A model generated the notes under the pieces. It did no database searches. It was not told the DNA's origin and worked only from the letters and a program-made list of their open reading frames with translations. This document shows positions 29,649 to 39,888 of a stretch of 64,000 bases of DNA, in pieces. Made by a program: the position numbers and the translations under genes. The stretch is from Spirochaetia bacterium. GTDB lineage: Bacteria > Spirochaetota > Spirochaetia > CADAEX01. The stretch spans positions 1,440,001 to 1,504,000 of the forward strand of contig OY759746.1 of NCBI GenBank assembly GCA_963662795.1. Direction: 5' to 3'. Positions within the stretch are counted from its first letter, which is position 1. Each line of letters begins with the position of its first letter.

Positions 29649-30971
29649 ATGGCAGAGAATAAAAAAACCGTTTATGTCGGCATGAGCGCAGACCTTATTC
29701 ACCCAGGCCACCTCAATATATTAAAGCACGCCAGGGAGCTTGGTTCAGTGACGGTAGGCCTGCTTACAGACAAGGCCATCGCGAGCTATAAAAGGCTTCC
29801 CTACATGACCTTTGAGCAGAGAAAGCAGGTTATAGAAAATATAAAAGGGGTGGATTCTGTAGTGGCACAGGATACACTTGATTATGTCCCGAACCTTAAG
29901 CAGTATAAACCGGACTTTGTTGTCCACGGCGATGACTGGAGGGAGGGGGTCCAGAGGAAGACACGCCAGAGCGTTATTGATGCCTTATCACAGTGGGGTG
30001 GCGAGCTTGTTGAAGTTTCATACACTCCCGATATTTCATCGACAAGGCTCAATGACGGGCTTAAAAAAATGGGTACAACTCCGCAGAGAAGGCTCGGGAT
30101 GCTGCGCCGCCTGATAAACGCCAAACCTGTAGTTACATTCATGGAAGCGCACAGCGGCCTGAGCGGGCTGATAATCGAGAACATCAGTGAAAACGATGGA
30201 AAAGGTGTAAAAAAGGTTTTTGACGGAATCTGGCTTTCAAGCTTTACGAATTCCGCAAGCCGCGGAAAACCTGATATAGAAGCTGTCGATGTAACAGCGA
30301 GGATACAGACTTTAAATGAGATAATCGAGGTTACTACAAAACCTGTTATCTATGACGCGGGAAGCGGCGGCAGGGGAGAGCATTTCGGCTTTACCGTGAG
30401 GACCCTTGAGCGCTTCGGTGTTTCCGCCGCGGTAATTGAGGATAAGGCATCTTTTTCACGGAATGAGGGAAATCCTGAGAACGCGAACGCCGCAGGCGCC
30501 CTGGTTGATATAAATGAATTCTGCCGGAAAATTGAGGCCGGAAAAAAGTCCAGGGTAACGGATGATTTTATGGTAATTGCCAAGCTTGAAAGCCTTGTTT
30601 CCGGCATGGGAACAGGTGAGGCGATGAAAAGGGCCTCCGCGTATCTCGAGGCAGGGGCTGACGGGATACTTATTCACAGCCGCGGCAGTGACGGACGTGA
30701 CATACATGAGTTCTGCAGTAAATTCAGGGGTAAGGGACTTAAGGCCCCTCTTGCTGCAATGCCTACTTCCTATAACAGCGTTTATGAATCGGAACTGCAC
30801 GAAATGGGCATAAATATAATAATCCACGCCAATCATCTGATCAGGAGCGCATACCCCGCGATGACAAAAGCCGCGAAAATGGTTTTAAAATACGGGCGTT
30901 CATTCGAGTCGGATCAAATGACGGTACCGGTGGAGGAAATTTTATCTGTCATACCTGAAGGGGACTGGTAA
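29649..30971 (+). CDS. Cytidylyltransferase / phosphoenolpyruvate mutase-like fusion (mutase motifs degenerate)
   Basis: [14 protein letters not shown]; [27 protein letters not shown]. Confidence 0.85.
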   Translation: MAENKKTVYVGMSADLIHPGHLNILKHARELGSVTVGLLTDKAIASYKRLPYMTFEQRKQVIENIKGVDSVVAQDTLDYVPNLKQYKPDFVVHGDDWREGVQRKTRQSVIDALSQWGGELVEVSYTPDISSTRLNDGLKKMGTTPQRRLGMLRRLINAKPVVTFMEAHSGLSGLIIENISENDGKGVKKVFDGIWLSSFTNSASRGKPDIEAVDVTARIQTLNEIIEVTTKPVIYDAGSGGRGEHFGFTVRTLERFGVSAAVIEDKASFSRNEGNPENANAAGALVDINEFCRKIEAGKKSRVTDDFMVIAKLESLVSGMGTGEAMKRASAYLEAGADGILIHSRGSDGRDIHEFCSKFRGKGLKAPLAAMPTSYNSVYESELHEMGINIIIHANHLIRSAYPAMTKAAKMVLKYGRSFESDQMTVPVEEILSVIPEGDW

Positions 30972-31038
30972 GAGACTGTCTTTATTGTGCTTCAAAGTAT
31001 TTGATGTCCTGTGATAAAAAATGATATAAGTTTAAATT

Positions 31039-32505
31039 ATGCTGATATTAAAAATAGCGCTCAGAAATCTTAAACGGCATACCCGGAAAACTCTGCTTAT
31101 AGGTGTTCTGATTACACTCGGGATGGCTTTTCTCTTTACCTCGAACGCGGTTTTTGAAAGCACCAACAGGGGGCTTAAAAGCTCATTTATCAGGAGCCTG
31201 ACCGGGGATGCTGTTATAAGCGCGCAGTCTGACGTCCCGTACGGCCTTTTCGGAGTTGAAATCCCGATAATAAGCTCATACGAGAATATACCGGCCCTTG
31301 CAGGATATGCTGAAATAAATGAGAGGCTTAAGGAAATCCCTGAAATCGCTGAAGGGAAATGGAGATGGACTCCCCTGGTTTCAGCTGCAGCCAGCCTTGA
31401 AATTGACAGTTTTCAGCTTGCAGTTCCGTTATTCGGTGTAGACCCTGAAAGCTATTTCAGCGTCTGTTCAGACATTAAAATCGAAAAAGGATCTCCCGGC
31501 TCACTTTCCGACGGCGGCATCTTTCTCAACACCCGGCTCGCTGAAAATATTGAGGCGGAACTCGGGCGGGCACTTGTTATTGGTGAACCTGTAACTCTCA
31601 GCATGTATTCGGATGGAAGTTTCCACATCAGAAAAGGGATTTTTTCAGGCATACACAGTTATATCAGCTATACAGAACCCCTTGGCCGCATTGTCCTTGC
31701 CGATGCCTCGATTGTAAGGGGCCTTGCCAATTACACTTCAGGGTATATAAGCGGAAAACAGGATGATGAAATCATTTCTGATGCAGGTTCCTTTGATATG
31801 GATGATCTTTTCTCGGAGTCTTTAGATACTGTATCAGCAGGCGATGAGGGAATAACCCCTGATGAGCTTGAAGAGATACTTTCCGATACAGGGCAGAGAA
31901 CAGCGCTTGTTGAGACAGATGCTGCGGCATGGAGTTTTATCCTGCTGAGCGCAGACAACGGCAGCCAGGGCCGTCTTTTGAGGGTAATTGAAAAGGAAGC
32001 TGAGGAAAATGAATGGGCGGTCCGGATCCTTAACTGGAGAAATGCCGCAGGGCTTGGGGCCCAGGCTGTTTTTGCGCTGCAGGCGGTCTTTTACAGCGGG
32101 ATGATATTTATAGTTTTCGGAGCGGTACTTGTAATCATGAACGCTCTTGTGATATCAGTTTTTGAGAGGATTCCTGAAATCGGAACCATGAGGGGGCTCG
32201 GTGCAGGCCGCCGTTTTATCAGTACCCTTTTTATAACAGAATCCATGATTCTTACAATGAGTGCTTCAGCCGCCGGAATCCTCCTTGGGATTATAATCTC
32301 GCAGATTACGCTTAAAACAGGCATAACAATTGAAAATGAACTTTTAATTACTCTTTTCGGCGGGAATGTCATCCGCCCGGAAGTAAGCCTTTCAGGTGTT
32401 GTAAAACATCTTGTCATGGCATCTCTTGCCGGTTCTGTCGCATGGATATATCCGGTATCTCTTGCGATGAGAATCCAGCCGGTTGAGATTATGGGGAAGG
32501 GCTGA
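31039..32505 (+). CDS. ABC transporter permease, FtsX/LolE family
   Basis: ALRNLKRH, ISVFERIPEIGTMRGLG. Confidence 0.88.
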   Translation: MLILKIALRNLKRHTRKTLLIGVLITLGMAFLFTSNAVFESTNRGLKSSFIRSLTGDAVISAQSDVPYGLFGVEIPIISSYENIPALAGYAEINERLKEIPEIAEGKWRWTPLVSAAASLEIDSFQLAVPLFGVDPESYFSVCSDIKIEKGSPGSLSDGGIFLNTRLAENIEAELGRALVIGEPVTLSMYSDGSFHIRKGIFSGIHSYISYTEPLGRIVLADASIVRGLANYTSGYISGKQDDEIISDAGSFDMDDLFSESLDTVSAGDEGITPDELEEILSDTGQRTALVETDAAAWSFILLSADNGSQGRLLRVIEKEAEENEWAVRILNWRNAAGLGAQAVFALQAVFYSGMIFIVFGAVLVIMNALVISVFERIPEIGTMRGLGAGRRFISTLFITESMILTMSASAAGILLGIIISQITLKTGITIENELLITLFGGNVIRPEVSLSGVVKHLVMASLAGSVAWIYPVSLAMRIQPVEIMGKG

Positions 32506-32507
32506 TC

Positions 32508-33800
32508 ATGATGACTTTATTTCTGGCGCTGCGAAATCTTTTCCTGCAGCGGAAAAGATACCTTCTTGTTGCCGTGGCTATAGCGGCCGGATTTGCCCTG
32601 GTTACTTTTCAGAGCGGTACTGCTTACGGCGCCATGGAAACAGTAATGGTTAAGGCGGCGCGCTATTTTTCAGGGCACGTGAGCATCTCAGGATACAGGA
32701 AAAAGGAAAATGCAATAGAAAATCCTGAAGCAATTATAAATGCCGTAAAGTCAGCGGGCCTTCCTGTAAGGACAGTCTCGAAAAGGACCATCTATGCGGG
32801 AAAAGAGGCAAGGCTATTCTTCGGAGGCAATTCAGTAAGGCTCAGGCGGCAGGTGGGATTTGATTTTGAGGGAGAAAGCGGAGAACTTGCAAGACTTCCC
32901 TTCACGGAAGGGGGGATTGAGGGGATGGCAGAAAGTGAAGGGCATAACGGCATAATTATAAGCCGTGCCGCTGCCAGGCTGCTTGGGGCCCATCTCGGCG
33001 ATGATGTCAGCTTTTATTTGACTGCGGATAACGGACAACACAATACGGCGACAATGATAGTCCGGGGGATCTTTGATGAGACAAGCATATTCGGTTACGC
33101 TACCTATATGCGAAACGATGACCTGAACGCGCTCCTGCAGAGGCCGGAAGGGGCAGCAACCGAGATAGCGGTTTATGCCAGGGAAGGGGTAAATATTGTA
33201 AAATTCGCGGAAAAAATAAGGACTCTCCTCGATAGTGAGCATTCCGTGTTTCCTCCGATACTGCGCCGTGATGATTTCCCGTCCAAAAGAAACAGAAATA
33301 CGGAAAATGAAACTTTTGCCGTAATGTCGCTTGATGCCCATCTTGATCAGATAAAAAATCTTCTTGATGCTTTTCTCGCCGGGTCATACTTTATTTTTGT
33401 TGTTTTTATGCTTATTGTGATGATTGGCGTTCTTAATACCTACAGGGTAATGGTTTATGAAAGGACAAGGGAAATCGGGACCATGCGGGCAATAGGAATG
33501 CAGAGGGGGCAGGTTAAGGCGCTTTTTCTCTATGAGGCAACCGGTCTTGTAACTTTATCCTCAGCCACTGGTTTTGTTATCGGGATTCTGCTTCTTTACG
33601 CGGCCGGTACAGTTGATTTAAGCGGGATAACCGCCTCGGCCCTTTTTACTGAGTCCGGACGGCTGAAATTTTATTTAAGTCCGGGTATTATTTTTACCAA
33701 CTTTCTGATTATGGCTTTTACAGTGCTGCTTGCGGCATGGGGGCCGGCAGACAGGGCCGGTAAAATGCCTCCGGCAGAGGCCCTTGGCAAAAACGGTTAA
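32508..33800 (+). CDS. ABC transporter permease, FtsX/LolE family
   Basis: ALRNLFLQ, ERTREIGTMRAIG, PADRAGKMPPAEAL. Confidence 0.88.
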   Translation: MMTLFLALRNLFLQRKRYLLVAVAIAAGFALVTFQSGTAYGAMETVMVKAARYFSGHVSISGYRKKENAIENPEAIINAVKSAGLPVRTVSKRTIYAGKEARLFFGGNSVRLRRQVGFDFEGESGELARLPFTEGGIEGMAESEGHNGIIISRAAARLLGAHLGDDVSFYLTADNGQHNTATMIVRGIFDETSIFGYATYMRNDDLNALLQRPEGAATEIAVYAREGVNIVKFAEKIRTLLDSEHSVFPPILRRDDFPSKRNRNTENETFAVMSLDAHLDQIKNLLDAFLAGSYFIFVVFMLIVMIGVLNTYRVMVYERTREIGTMRAIGMQRGQVKALFLYEATGLVTLSSATGFVIGILLLYAAGTVDLSGITASALFTESGRLKFYLSPGIIFTNFLIMAFTVLLAAWGPADRAGKMPPAEALGKNG

Positions 33801-33842
33801 GTGCGCCCTATGTCAAAATACAGGTTTTACGGAGTTTGTGCA

Positions 33843-34628
33843 GTGATAATAAAAAAATATTTTACGGTTCTGCTTTATTTTATTCTGGCTTCGGGCATGT
33901 TATGTGCCCAAACAATCGAAGATTATAAAAAGCTGCTTAAAAAGGTAGATGCCAATGTTACTTTTAATAAATCGGATTTATCGGCTGAATATACAATAGT
34001 TAAAAGGGACCCCGGCGGGTCTACCTCAACAACAGTGGCGGCCATGTTCAGGCGGGATAAAACAGACCAGTTTCTTATCCTTGTTCTTGAGCCTGTTTCT
34101 GACAAGGGGAAGGGCTACCTCAAAATCGGGGACAACCTGTGGCTTTATGACCCTGTCGGGCGGAGTTTTACCTTTACAAGCGCAAGGGAGAGGTTTCAGA
34201 ATTCAAGCGCGAGAAATTCCGATTTCAACAGGTCGAATTTTTCAAATGACTACCGCCCTGTCTCAGGCAGGAGAGAAAAACTTGGCCGTTTTGAGTGCAC
34301 CGTCCTTGAGCTTGAAGCTGTAAATACAAGTGTTTCTTTCCCGAAAATGATTATATGGGTATCAGATAACGATAACCTTGTAAGGAAGATTGAGGATTAC
34401 AGCCTTTCGGGACAGCTGATGAGAACTACCGCGGTACCCAGTTATCAGAAAGTCGGGAATCTCTGGGTCCCCCAGGCCCTTGTTATACTTGATCACCTTA
34501 ATTCAAAAGTCATATCCGGAAAGACCGAGTATGAACGGACAACCATTACAATAAAAAATCCTTCAGTTGCGGATATTCCTGATTCAGTCTATACAAAAGA
34601 ATATCTTGAAAAGGTAAATACCAGATGA
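33843..34628 (+). CDS. Outer-membrane lipoprotein-sorting (LolA-like) protein
   Basis: Signal peptide; EPVSDKGKGYLKIGDNLWLYDP; GTG at 33843 has GGAG 8 nt upstream (ORF track start 33801). Confidence 0.75.
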   Translation: MIIKKYFTVLLYFILASGMLCAQTIEDYKKLLKKVDANVTFNKSDLSAEYTIVKRDPGGSTSTTVAAMFRRDKTDQFLILVLEPVSDKGKGYLKIGDNLWLYDPVGRSFTFTSARERFQNSSARNSDFNRSNFSNDYRPVSGRREKLGRFECTVLELEAVNTSVSFPKMIIWVSDNDNLVRKIEDYSLSGQLMRTTAVPSYQKVGNLWVPQALVILDHLNSKVISGKTEYERTTITIKNPSVADIPDSVYTKEYLEKVNTR

Positions 34629-35827
34629 ATTTCAGGAAAAATGCCTCATTTATAAAGCTGCCGGCTTTACTGCTCTGCGGCTTTTTGTTTTTTTACCCGT
34701 CTGCCTTGTACTCACAGGAAGCGGAGTCAAGTTCGGACCTGGATTCCCTTTTTGAGGATGCCCCTGAGGATATTGTGGCAGAGGATACACAGACCGACCA
34801 CCTGACCCAGTTTCAGGAAACCGAGAAAATGAAGGTAAGCGGCAATTTTACCGCTAAGGGAGGCGCGGCCTTCGGCTGGGAAAGCCTTCCTGAAAGCGGC
34901 GGGAGTCTTACTGACGGGCTTGGGTTTACTCCGGGGGCACGATCGCTTGCGAGACTGACTTTTGATTCAAGACCCAGCACGGTGTTCAGTATGTACGGCA
35001 GCTTTTATACGGAAATTGACCCTTCAGAAGGGGAGAACAACTGGTCGGAACCTGTTATTGATGAGCTTTTCAGCGATTACAATTGGCTTGACAAAGCCTT
35101 TATCAGGATGGGAAAGCACAGGGTAACCTGGGGACAGGGGCGTATATATACCCCCGGTGATCTTATGTCCGCAAGTGAAGACGGCGCTACATTCAGGGTA
35201 AGTATGCCTACCCTTCTTGACGGTGTCTCGTTTGTCTCTTTGCTTGATGAAAGTTTTATCGGCGAAGATGAATCGTTATCCGCATACGATCTTGCTTATG
35301 GAGTACTTGCTGACAAGATATTCGGCGGCATAAGGCTTTCCGCAGGAACCCGCTGGCAGAGAGATCTTGGGTTTACTTCACTTGTTTCTTTTAAAAAAGT
35401 TTTATGGAAAACCGATCTGCTTTCGGATTTTATCCTTCATTACAATGATGATGAAATTGATTTTGAGACGCTTGCCGGTTTTTTCAGGGAATGGCCGCAG
35501 TATAAACTATACGGTGAATACTATTTTAACGGAAGAACAGAATCATGTGATGACCATAACATAGGCCTTGCCGGCACATATAAGAATATTTTCTCGACTC
35601 CGCTTGATTTCGGAATTGAGTGGCTTCATGCTTTCATGAATGATTCGGGGCGTCTTACAACCGGCGTTTCCTGGAAACCGTGGAAACTGGTTACTGCAAG
35701 TATCGGGGTACCTTTTTTCTACGGTAACTATGAAAACAGGTATGAAGAGGATGATGATGATGTGAACCTTCTCTCTGAAAGAAAGCTGTCGTTCGCCTTT
35801 TTTCTTGAGCTATCTTCCTCTTTTTAA
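34625..35827 (+). CDS. Putative outer-membrane beta-barrel protein
   Basis: Signal peptide, RMGKHRVTWGQG, beta-strand pattern, terminal Phe. Confidence 0.6.
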   Translation: MNFRKNASFIKLPALLLCGFLFFYPSALYSQEAESSSDLDSLFEDAPEDIVAEDTQTDHLTQFQETEKMKVSGNFTAKGGAAFGWESLPESGGSLTDGLGFTPGARSLARLTFDSRPSTVFSMYGSFYTEIDPSEGENNWSEPVIDELFSDYNWLDKAFIRMGKHRVTWGQGRIYTPGDLMSASEDGATFRVSMPTLLDGVSFVSLLDESFIGEDESLSAYDLAYGVLADKIFGGIRLSAGTRWQRDLGFTSLVSFKKVLWKTDLLSDFILHYNDDEIDFETLAGFFREWPQYKLYGEYYFNGRTESCDDHNIGLAGTYKNIFSTPLDFGIEWLHAFMNDSGRLTTGVSWKPWKLVTASIGVPFFYGNYENRYEEDDDDVNLLSERKLSFAFFLELSSSF

Positions 35828-36528
35828 GGACTCTGCCTTATGTTTTCCGCCACAAGACCGTCCTTCAGCCTGATGATGTGGTCAGCTATTGAGAAGATAT
35901 TCTGGTCATGTGTTGAAAATATAAAGGTTGTGTGCAGGGTGCTGTTTATCCTCTTCATAAGCCCGATTATTTCTTCGCCGGTTTTACTGTCAAGGTTAGC
36001 TGTAGGTTCATCCGCGAGAACTATCTGAGGTTTTGTTACAAGAGCCCTGGCAATGGCCACCCTCTGTCTCTGTCCGCCCGAGAGTTCATTCGGCCTGTGG
36101 TTCTTCCATTTCGTAAGGCCTACTGATTCTATCAGGTGATCAATATACTCTGTTTCAGATGATCTGCCGGATTCTGATTTTTTCCTTTTTCCCAGCAGCA
36201 GCGGGAATTCAATATTCTCAAAAACATTCAGCACGGGAAGAAGGTTGAAAGACTGAAATATAAATCCTATATATTTATGCCTGAGTTTGGTAATTTCACG
36301 GTCGGAGAGAGAGCCTGTCTGGAGGCTGTTTACTGTCACGGTGCCTGATGTCGGGACATCAATGCAGCCTATCATATTCAGTATTGTTGATTTTCCCGAA
36401 CCGGAAGGACCGATTATCGAGATAAAATCCCCTTTTTCTATTTCAAAAGAGATTCCGTTGACTGCTGTTACTTCGGTTTTTCCAAGGGGATAGGTTTTCC
36501 TTACATCCTTAAGCCTTACTATAGCCAT
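35824..36528 (-). CDS. ABC transporter ATP-binding protein (LolD/MacB-like)
   Basis: GPSGSGKS, LSGGQRQRVAIARAL, LADEPTANLD, STHD. Confidence 0.95.
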   Translation of the reverse strand: MAIVRLKDVRKTYPLGKTEVTAVNGISFEIEKGDFISIIGPSGSGKSTILNMIGCIDVPTSGTVTVNSLQTGSLSDREITKLRHKYIGFIFQSFNLLPVLNVFENIEFPLLLGKRKKSESGRSSETEYIDHLIESVGLTKWKNHRPNELSGGQRQRVAIARALVTKPQIVLADEPTANLDSKTGEEIIGLMKRINSTLHTTFIFSTHDQNIFSIADHIIRLKDGLVAENIRQSP

Positions 36529-36553
36529 TTACCCTCCAGTCGCTGATTGAGGG

Positions 36554-36583
36554 ATTATAGCAATTTTAGGCTCCATGTTGCAA
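36554..36583 (-). promoter_or_regulatory. Sigma70-type promoter for the ABC ATPase
   Basis: Minus strand TTGCAA-18 bp-TATAAT with extended TGn. Confidence 0.55.
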
Positions 36584-36665
36584 GGCTGGCGGCCTTAAAC
36601 ACTGCTGCCGTTTAAGACTCAGAAGGCCTTGAATATTTCATGCTTACTGCATAATATTTTCACCT

Positions 36666-37733
36666 GTGAACAAAGATATTAATTACGCCGGCCGCCGGTT
36701 GGGCATATTTACCGCAGGGTTCCGCTGGAGCGGGTCAAGCGCGTTAAGCGACTGGCTTGAATCATTTTCATCAGTCAGAAAACCGCCGGGATGCCAGGCT
36801 GCCTATGATGAAATCAGGGCTCTTAACTATGGCCTTACTCTTGTGATAAAGGCAGTTGAGAAAACGCCCCTTTACGGCGAGCAGCTTTCCAGGTACTCAA
36901 TGTATCCCGATAAGAGCCGGTGGAACAGTATCTTCGGAAAGCCCCTTTCCCTGAAGACAGTATGCACTGATGCCCTGTTTATGACTGCCGCGAAAGGAAA
37001 GCTTAATCCGGGCCTTGAAAGCTACGGCCCTCTTTTAAGCACTTCCCTCGGCCGGGACTACAGAAGCGATACTGAATATATCAAAACCATAGGTAATCTG
37101 ACAGAAGCGGCCAGAAGCCTCATCAAAAAATATCCCGGCAGGCGTAGCTGGGAAGCTGTTGCGGGAGATAAGGATTTTTCCTCATCTGTTTCGGCCTTTC
37201 TCGGGCTTTTTTATGAAAGGCTCAGCTCATCCGGCGTTGTCCCGGTCTTTGATAACGCGATATCAGCCCTTAATCCCCGGTTTTTTGATCTTGTGGAAAA
37301 CTCTGTTTTCCCCGTGCAGCTTATCATGTTTGTAAAACGGGACCCGAGGGACCAGTTCGCGGAGCTTGTAAAATACAGCGCTAAAACTTTTTCCTTTATG
37401 GTCCGCTCTTTCATAAAGGATTACAGAAGGAACATAACCCGCTCCTTAAACTACACTTCCATATCAGGCGGCCGCCCGGATTCAGGGAAAATCATCCGGC
37501 TGATAGATTTTGAGGATTTTGTTTATGATACAAGCGGAATCAGAAGGGAGATGGGATCAGTTCTTTCAGGGCTTCTCTCTGATTTTTCATTTTCCGCTGA
37601 TTTTGATCCCCGTTTTTTTAATCCAGAAAAATCCAAACCTAATATCGGGATATGGAAAAATTCCGGAATGAAAAAGGAAATGGATCTGATTAAAAAAAGT
37701 CTGCCCGAATTCCTCAGGCCGGAATCTGACTGA
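36666..37733 (+). CDS. Sulfotransferase-fold (P-loop) protein, paralog of 24279..25646
   Basis: AGFRWSGSSALSD, VKRDPRDQF, FEDF, NIGIWK. Confidence 0.55.
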   Translation: MNKDINYAGRRLGIFTAGFRWSGSSALSDWLESFSSVRKPPGCQAAYDEIRALNYGLTLVIKAVEKTPLYGEQLSRYSMYPDKSRWNSIFGKPLSLKTVCTDALFMTAAKGKLNPGLESYGPLLSTSLGRDYRSDTEYIKTIGNLTEAARSLIKKYPGRRSWEAVAGDKDFSSSVSAFLGLFYERLSSSGVVPVFDNAISALNPRFFDLVENSVFPVQLIMFVKRDPRDQFAELVKYSAKTFSFMVRSFIKDYRRNITRSLNYTSISGGRPDSGKIIRLIDFEDFVYDTSGIRREMGSVLSGLLSDFSFSADFDPRFFNPEKSKPNIGIWKNSGMKKEMDLIKKSLPEFLRPESD

Positions 37734-37758
37734 AAAGCTTTACAGGGGGTTTTATATT

Positions 37759-38745
37759 GTGATTTGTGTTGTGGGGGGATCCGGATTTATCGGCACCAGG
37801 CTGTGCAGACGGCTTAATGCCGGTAAGAGAGAGTTTTCAATTGCTGACAAGTCAATGAGCCGCACTTTCGGAAGCCTGACAGAGATTGCGGATGTGAGGG
37901 ACGTTGAGTCGCTTGGAAGGGCAGTCGGCGCTCCTGAAATACTTGTTAATCTTGCGGCTGAGCATCATGATAATGTGAGACCTTTAAGCCTTTATGACGA
38001 TGTAAATGTTAAAGGCGCTGAGAATGTCTGCGCTGTTGCGCGCGAAAAGAAGATCAATCATATAATTTTTACAAGTTCTGTCGCTGTATACGGGTTTGCC
38101 CCTTCAGATACGGATGAAAATGGTCAGATAAACTATTTTAACGATTACGGAAGAACTAAATGGCTTGCGGAGAAGGTTTACAGAAAATGGCAGGAAGAGG
38201 CCCCTCTTGAAAGAACCCTTGTCATAATCCGGCCGGCAGTTGTATTTGGAGAGCAGAACAGGGGCAATGTCTATAATCTTCTCCATCAGATGGCATCAGG
38301 CCGTTTTGCAATGGTCGGGAACGGAAGAAACAGAAAATCAATGGCTTATGTCGAGAATGTTGCCGCGTTTCTTGAACATTCCATGAATTTCAAACCGGGC
38401 ATACACCTTTATAACTATGCCGATAAACCTGATTTTGACATGAACACCCTTGTTTCTCTTGTCAGAAATACTCTCGGGCGCAAAAAGAGCTTTAATTTAA
38501 GGGTCCCCTATTCTATGGGGCTTCTGGCCGGATATATGTTTGATGCCGCATCATTTATAACAGGGAAAAAATTTACCATCAGCAGCATCAGGGTAAAAAA
38601 ATTCTGTTCTGAAACGCAGTTCGCCTCAAGTGCTTACAAAAGCGGGTTTAAGCCCCCGCATGAACTTGAAGATGCGCTGATAAAAACAATCAGATATGAG
38701 TTTATTGACCGAAACAATGACAGGGAACTTTTTTACTCTGAATAG
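37759..38745 (+). CDS. gnu: GlcNAc-PP-undecaprenol 4-epimerase (Gnu-like SDR)
   Basis: LAAEHHDNV, FTSSVAVYG, YGRTK, FGEQNRGNVYNLL, KSMAYV resemble E. coli O157 Gnu as recalled. Confidence 0.75.
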   Translation: MICVVGGSGFIGTRLCRRLNAGKREFSIADKSMSRTFGSLTEIADVRDVESLGRAVGAPEILVNLAAEHHDNVRPLSLYDDVNVKGAENVCAVAREKKINHIIFTSSVAVYGFAPSDTDENGQINYFNDYGRTKWLAEKVYRKWQEEAPLERTLVIIRPAVVFGEQNRGNVYNLLHQMASGRFAMVGNGRNRKSMAYVENVAAFLEHSMNFKPGIHLYNYADKPDFDMNTLVSLVRNTLGRKKSFNLRVPYSMGLLAGYMFDAASFITGKKFTISSIRVKKFCSETQFASSAYKSGFKPPHELEDALIKTIRYEFIDRNNDRELFYSE

Positions 38746-38769
38746 AAACTGATATAAATACAATTATTA

Positions 38770-39816
38770 TTAATCAGGGAAATTATAGGGATTGAGCAGT
38801 GATGATGCCCTGCTTCCTGATATTTCAACTTCAAGTGTATTGTCCGGCCCTGATGATAAATTGGGGGAAATCAGCATTGGAAGTGAGTCAGCATAACGGA
38901 TTTTGTATCTATGATTGTGTCCGGTTATAATTAACCGGATGTCATGTTTTTTATAAAATTCTATGGCTTCATCATAATCAGCAAACTCATCATCTACCGG
39001 ATGATGCTGTACGGCAAAAACATTTTTACCCTTTTTTTCGGCATTATAAAGTATATTATCAGCCCATTTTATTGTATCCCCGGAAATGTGTCCGTCAGGC
39101 GGAGTAACCCTGAATGGAAAACCCCTGTTTCTTTTCCATTGGGCTGTATCGAGACATAGAAGAACAAGACCCGGCAGGGGCTCAACAGCATAAGACAGGG
39201 AGGTTTTATCCCTTGAAAATGCTTCTCTGTAACCGAATTCGCCGTAAATCTCTGAAAAATCTTTTGCTGAAATATTTTTTGCGTGCCTGGGTTTGTTTTT
39301 AAGAAACTGAAGCCCTTTGGAATTTTTTACATCGTGGTTTCCCGGAACAACATAGGCCTGTATCCCTGATTTTTCGAAATCAAGCAGGATCTCCGCAAGC
39401 AGTATATGGCTTGCCTTGTCTCCGTTTACAGTAAGGTCCCCAGGTATGACAATGAAGTCTGCCTCAGAACCTGCAGCCCTATCAAGGGCAAATCTGGTAT
39501 TCTCAAAGTTATCATCAAATACTTTTTTTGTTATTTTAAGGTAACTGTTCCATGCCTGGTAATCATTTACAAGTGTGTCAGAGTCATACCCGTGCAGATC
39601 GCCGAGTACTGTCATTGTGAAATCACGGTTTCCCGGTTTTATGCGAAAAATATATGGATTGCCTGTTATGTCTTCTGCTTCTGATATGTAAGTGTAGTCT
39701 TCCAGCGGTGTTTTTACAGAAGCGCATGAAAAAGATATTACGGACAATATTGACAGTATAATTGCTGAAAAAAACAATCTGTTGCTTTTTCTCAGGTACT
39801 CGGTATTTTCAGACAT
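38770..39816 (-). CDS. Calcineurin-like metallophosphoesterase, probable lipoprotein
   Basis: ISFSC lipobox; GDLH, GDL, GNHD, HH, GHNH. Confidence 0.85.
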   Translation of the reverse strand: MSENTEYLRKSNRLFFSAIILSILSVISFSCASVKTPLEDYTYISEAEDITGNPYIFRIKPGNRDFTMTVLGDLHGYDSDTLVNDYQAWNSYLKITKKVFDDNFENTRFALDRAAGSEADFIVIPGDLTVNGDKASHILLAEILLDFEKSGIQAYVVPGNHDVKNSKGLQFLKNKPRHAKNISAKDFSEIYGEFGYREAFSRDKTSLSYAVEPLPGLVLLCLDTAQWKRNRGFPFRVTPPDGHISGDTIKWADNILYNAEKKGKNVFAVQHHPVDDEFADYDEAIEFYKKHDIRLIITGHNHRYKIRYADSLPMLISPNLSSGPDNTLEVEISGSRASSLLNPYNFPD

Positions 39817-39888
39817 GTTATTAATTTAGTATAGTGACATGTATAAATCAATAAAAAGAGACATATTCATCTTTCATCGGAGAAATAT

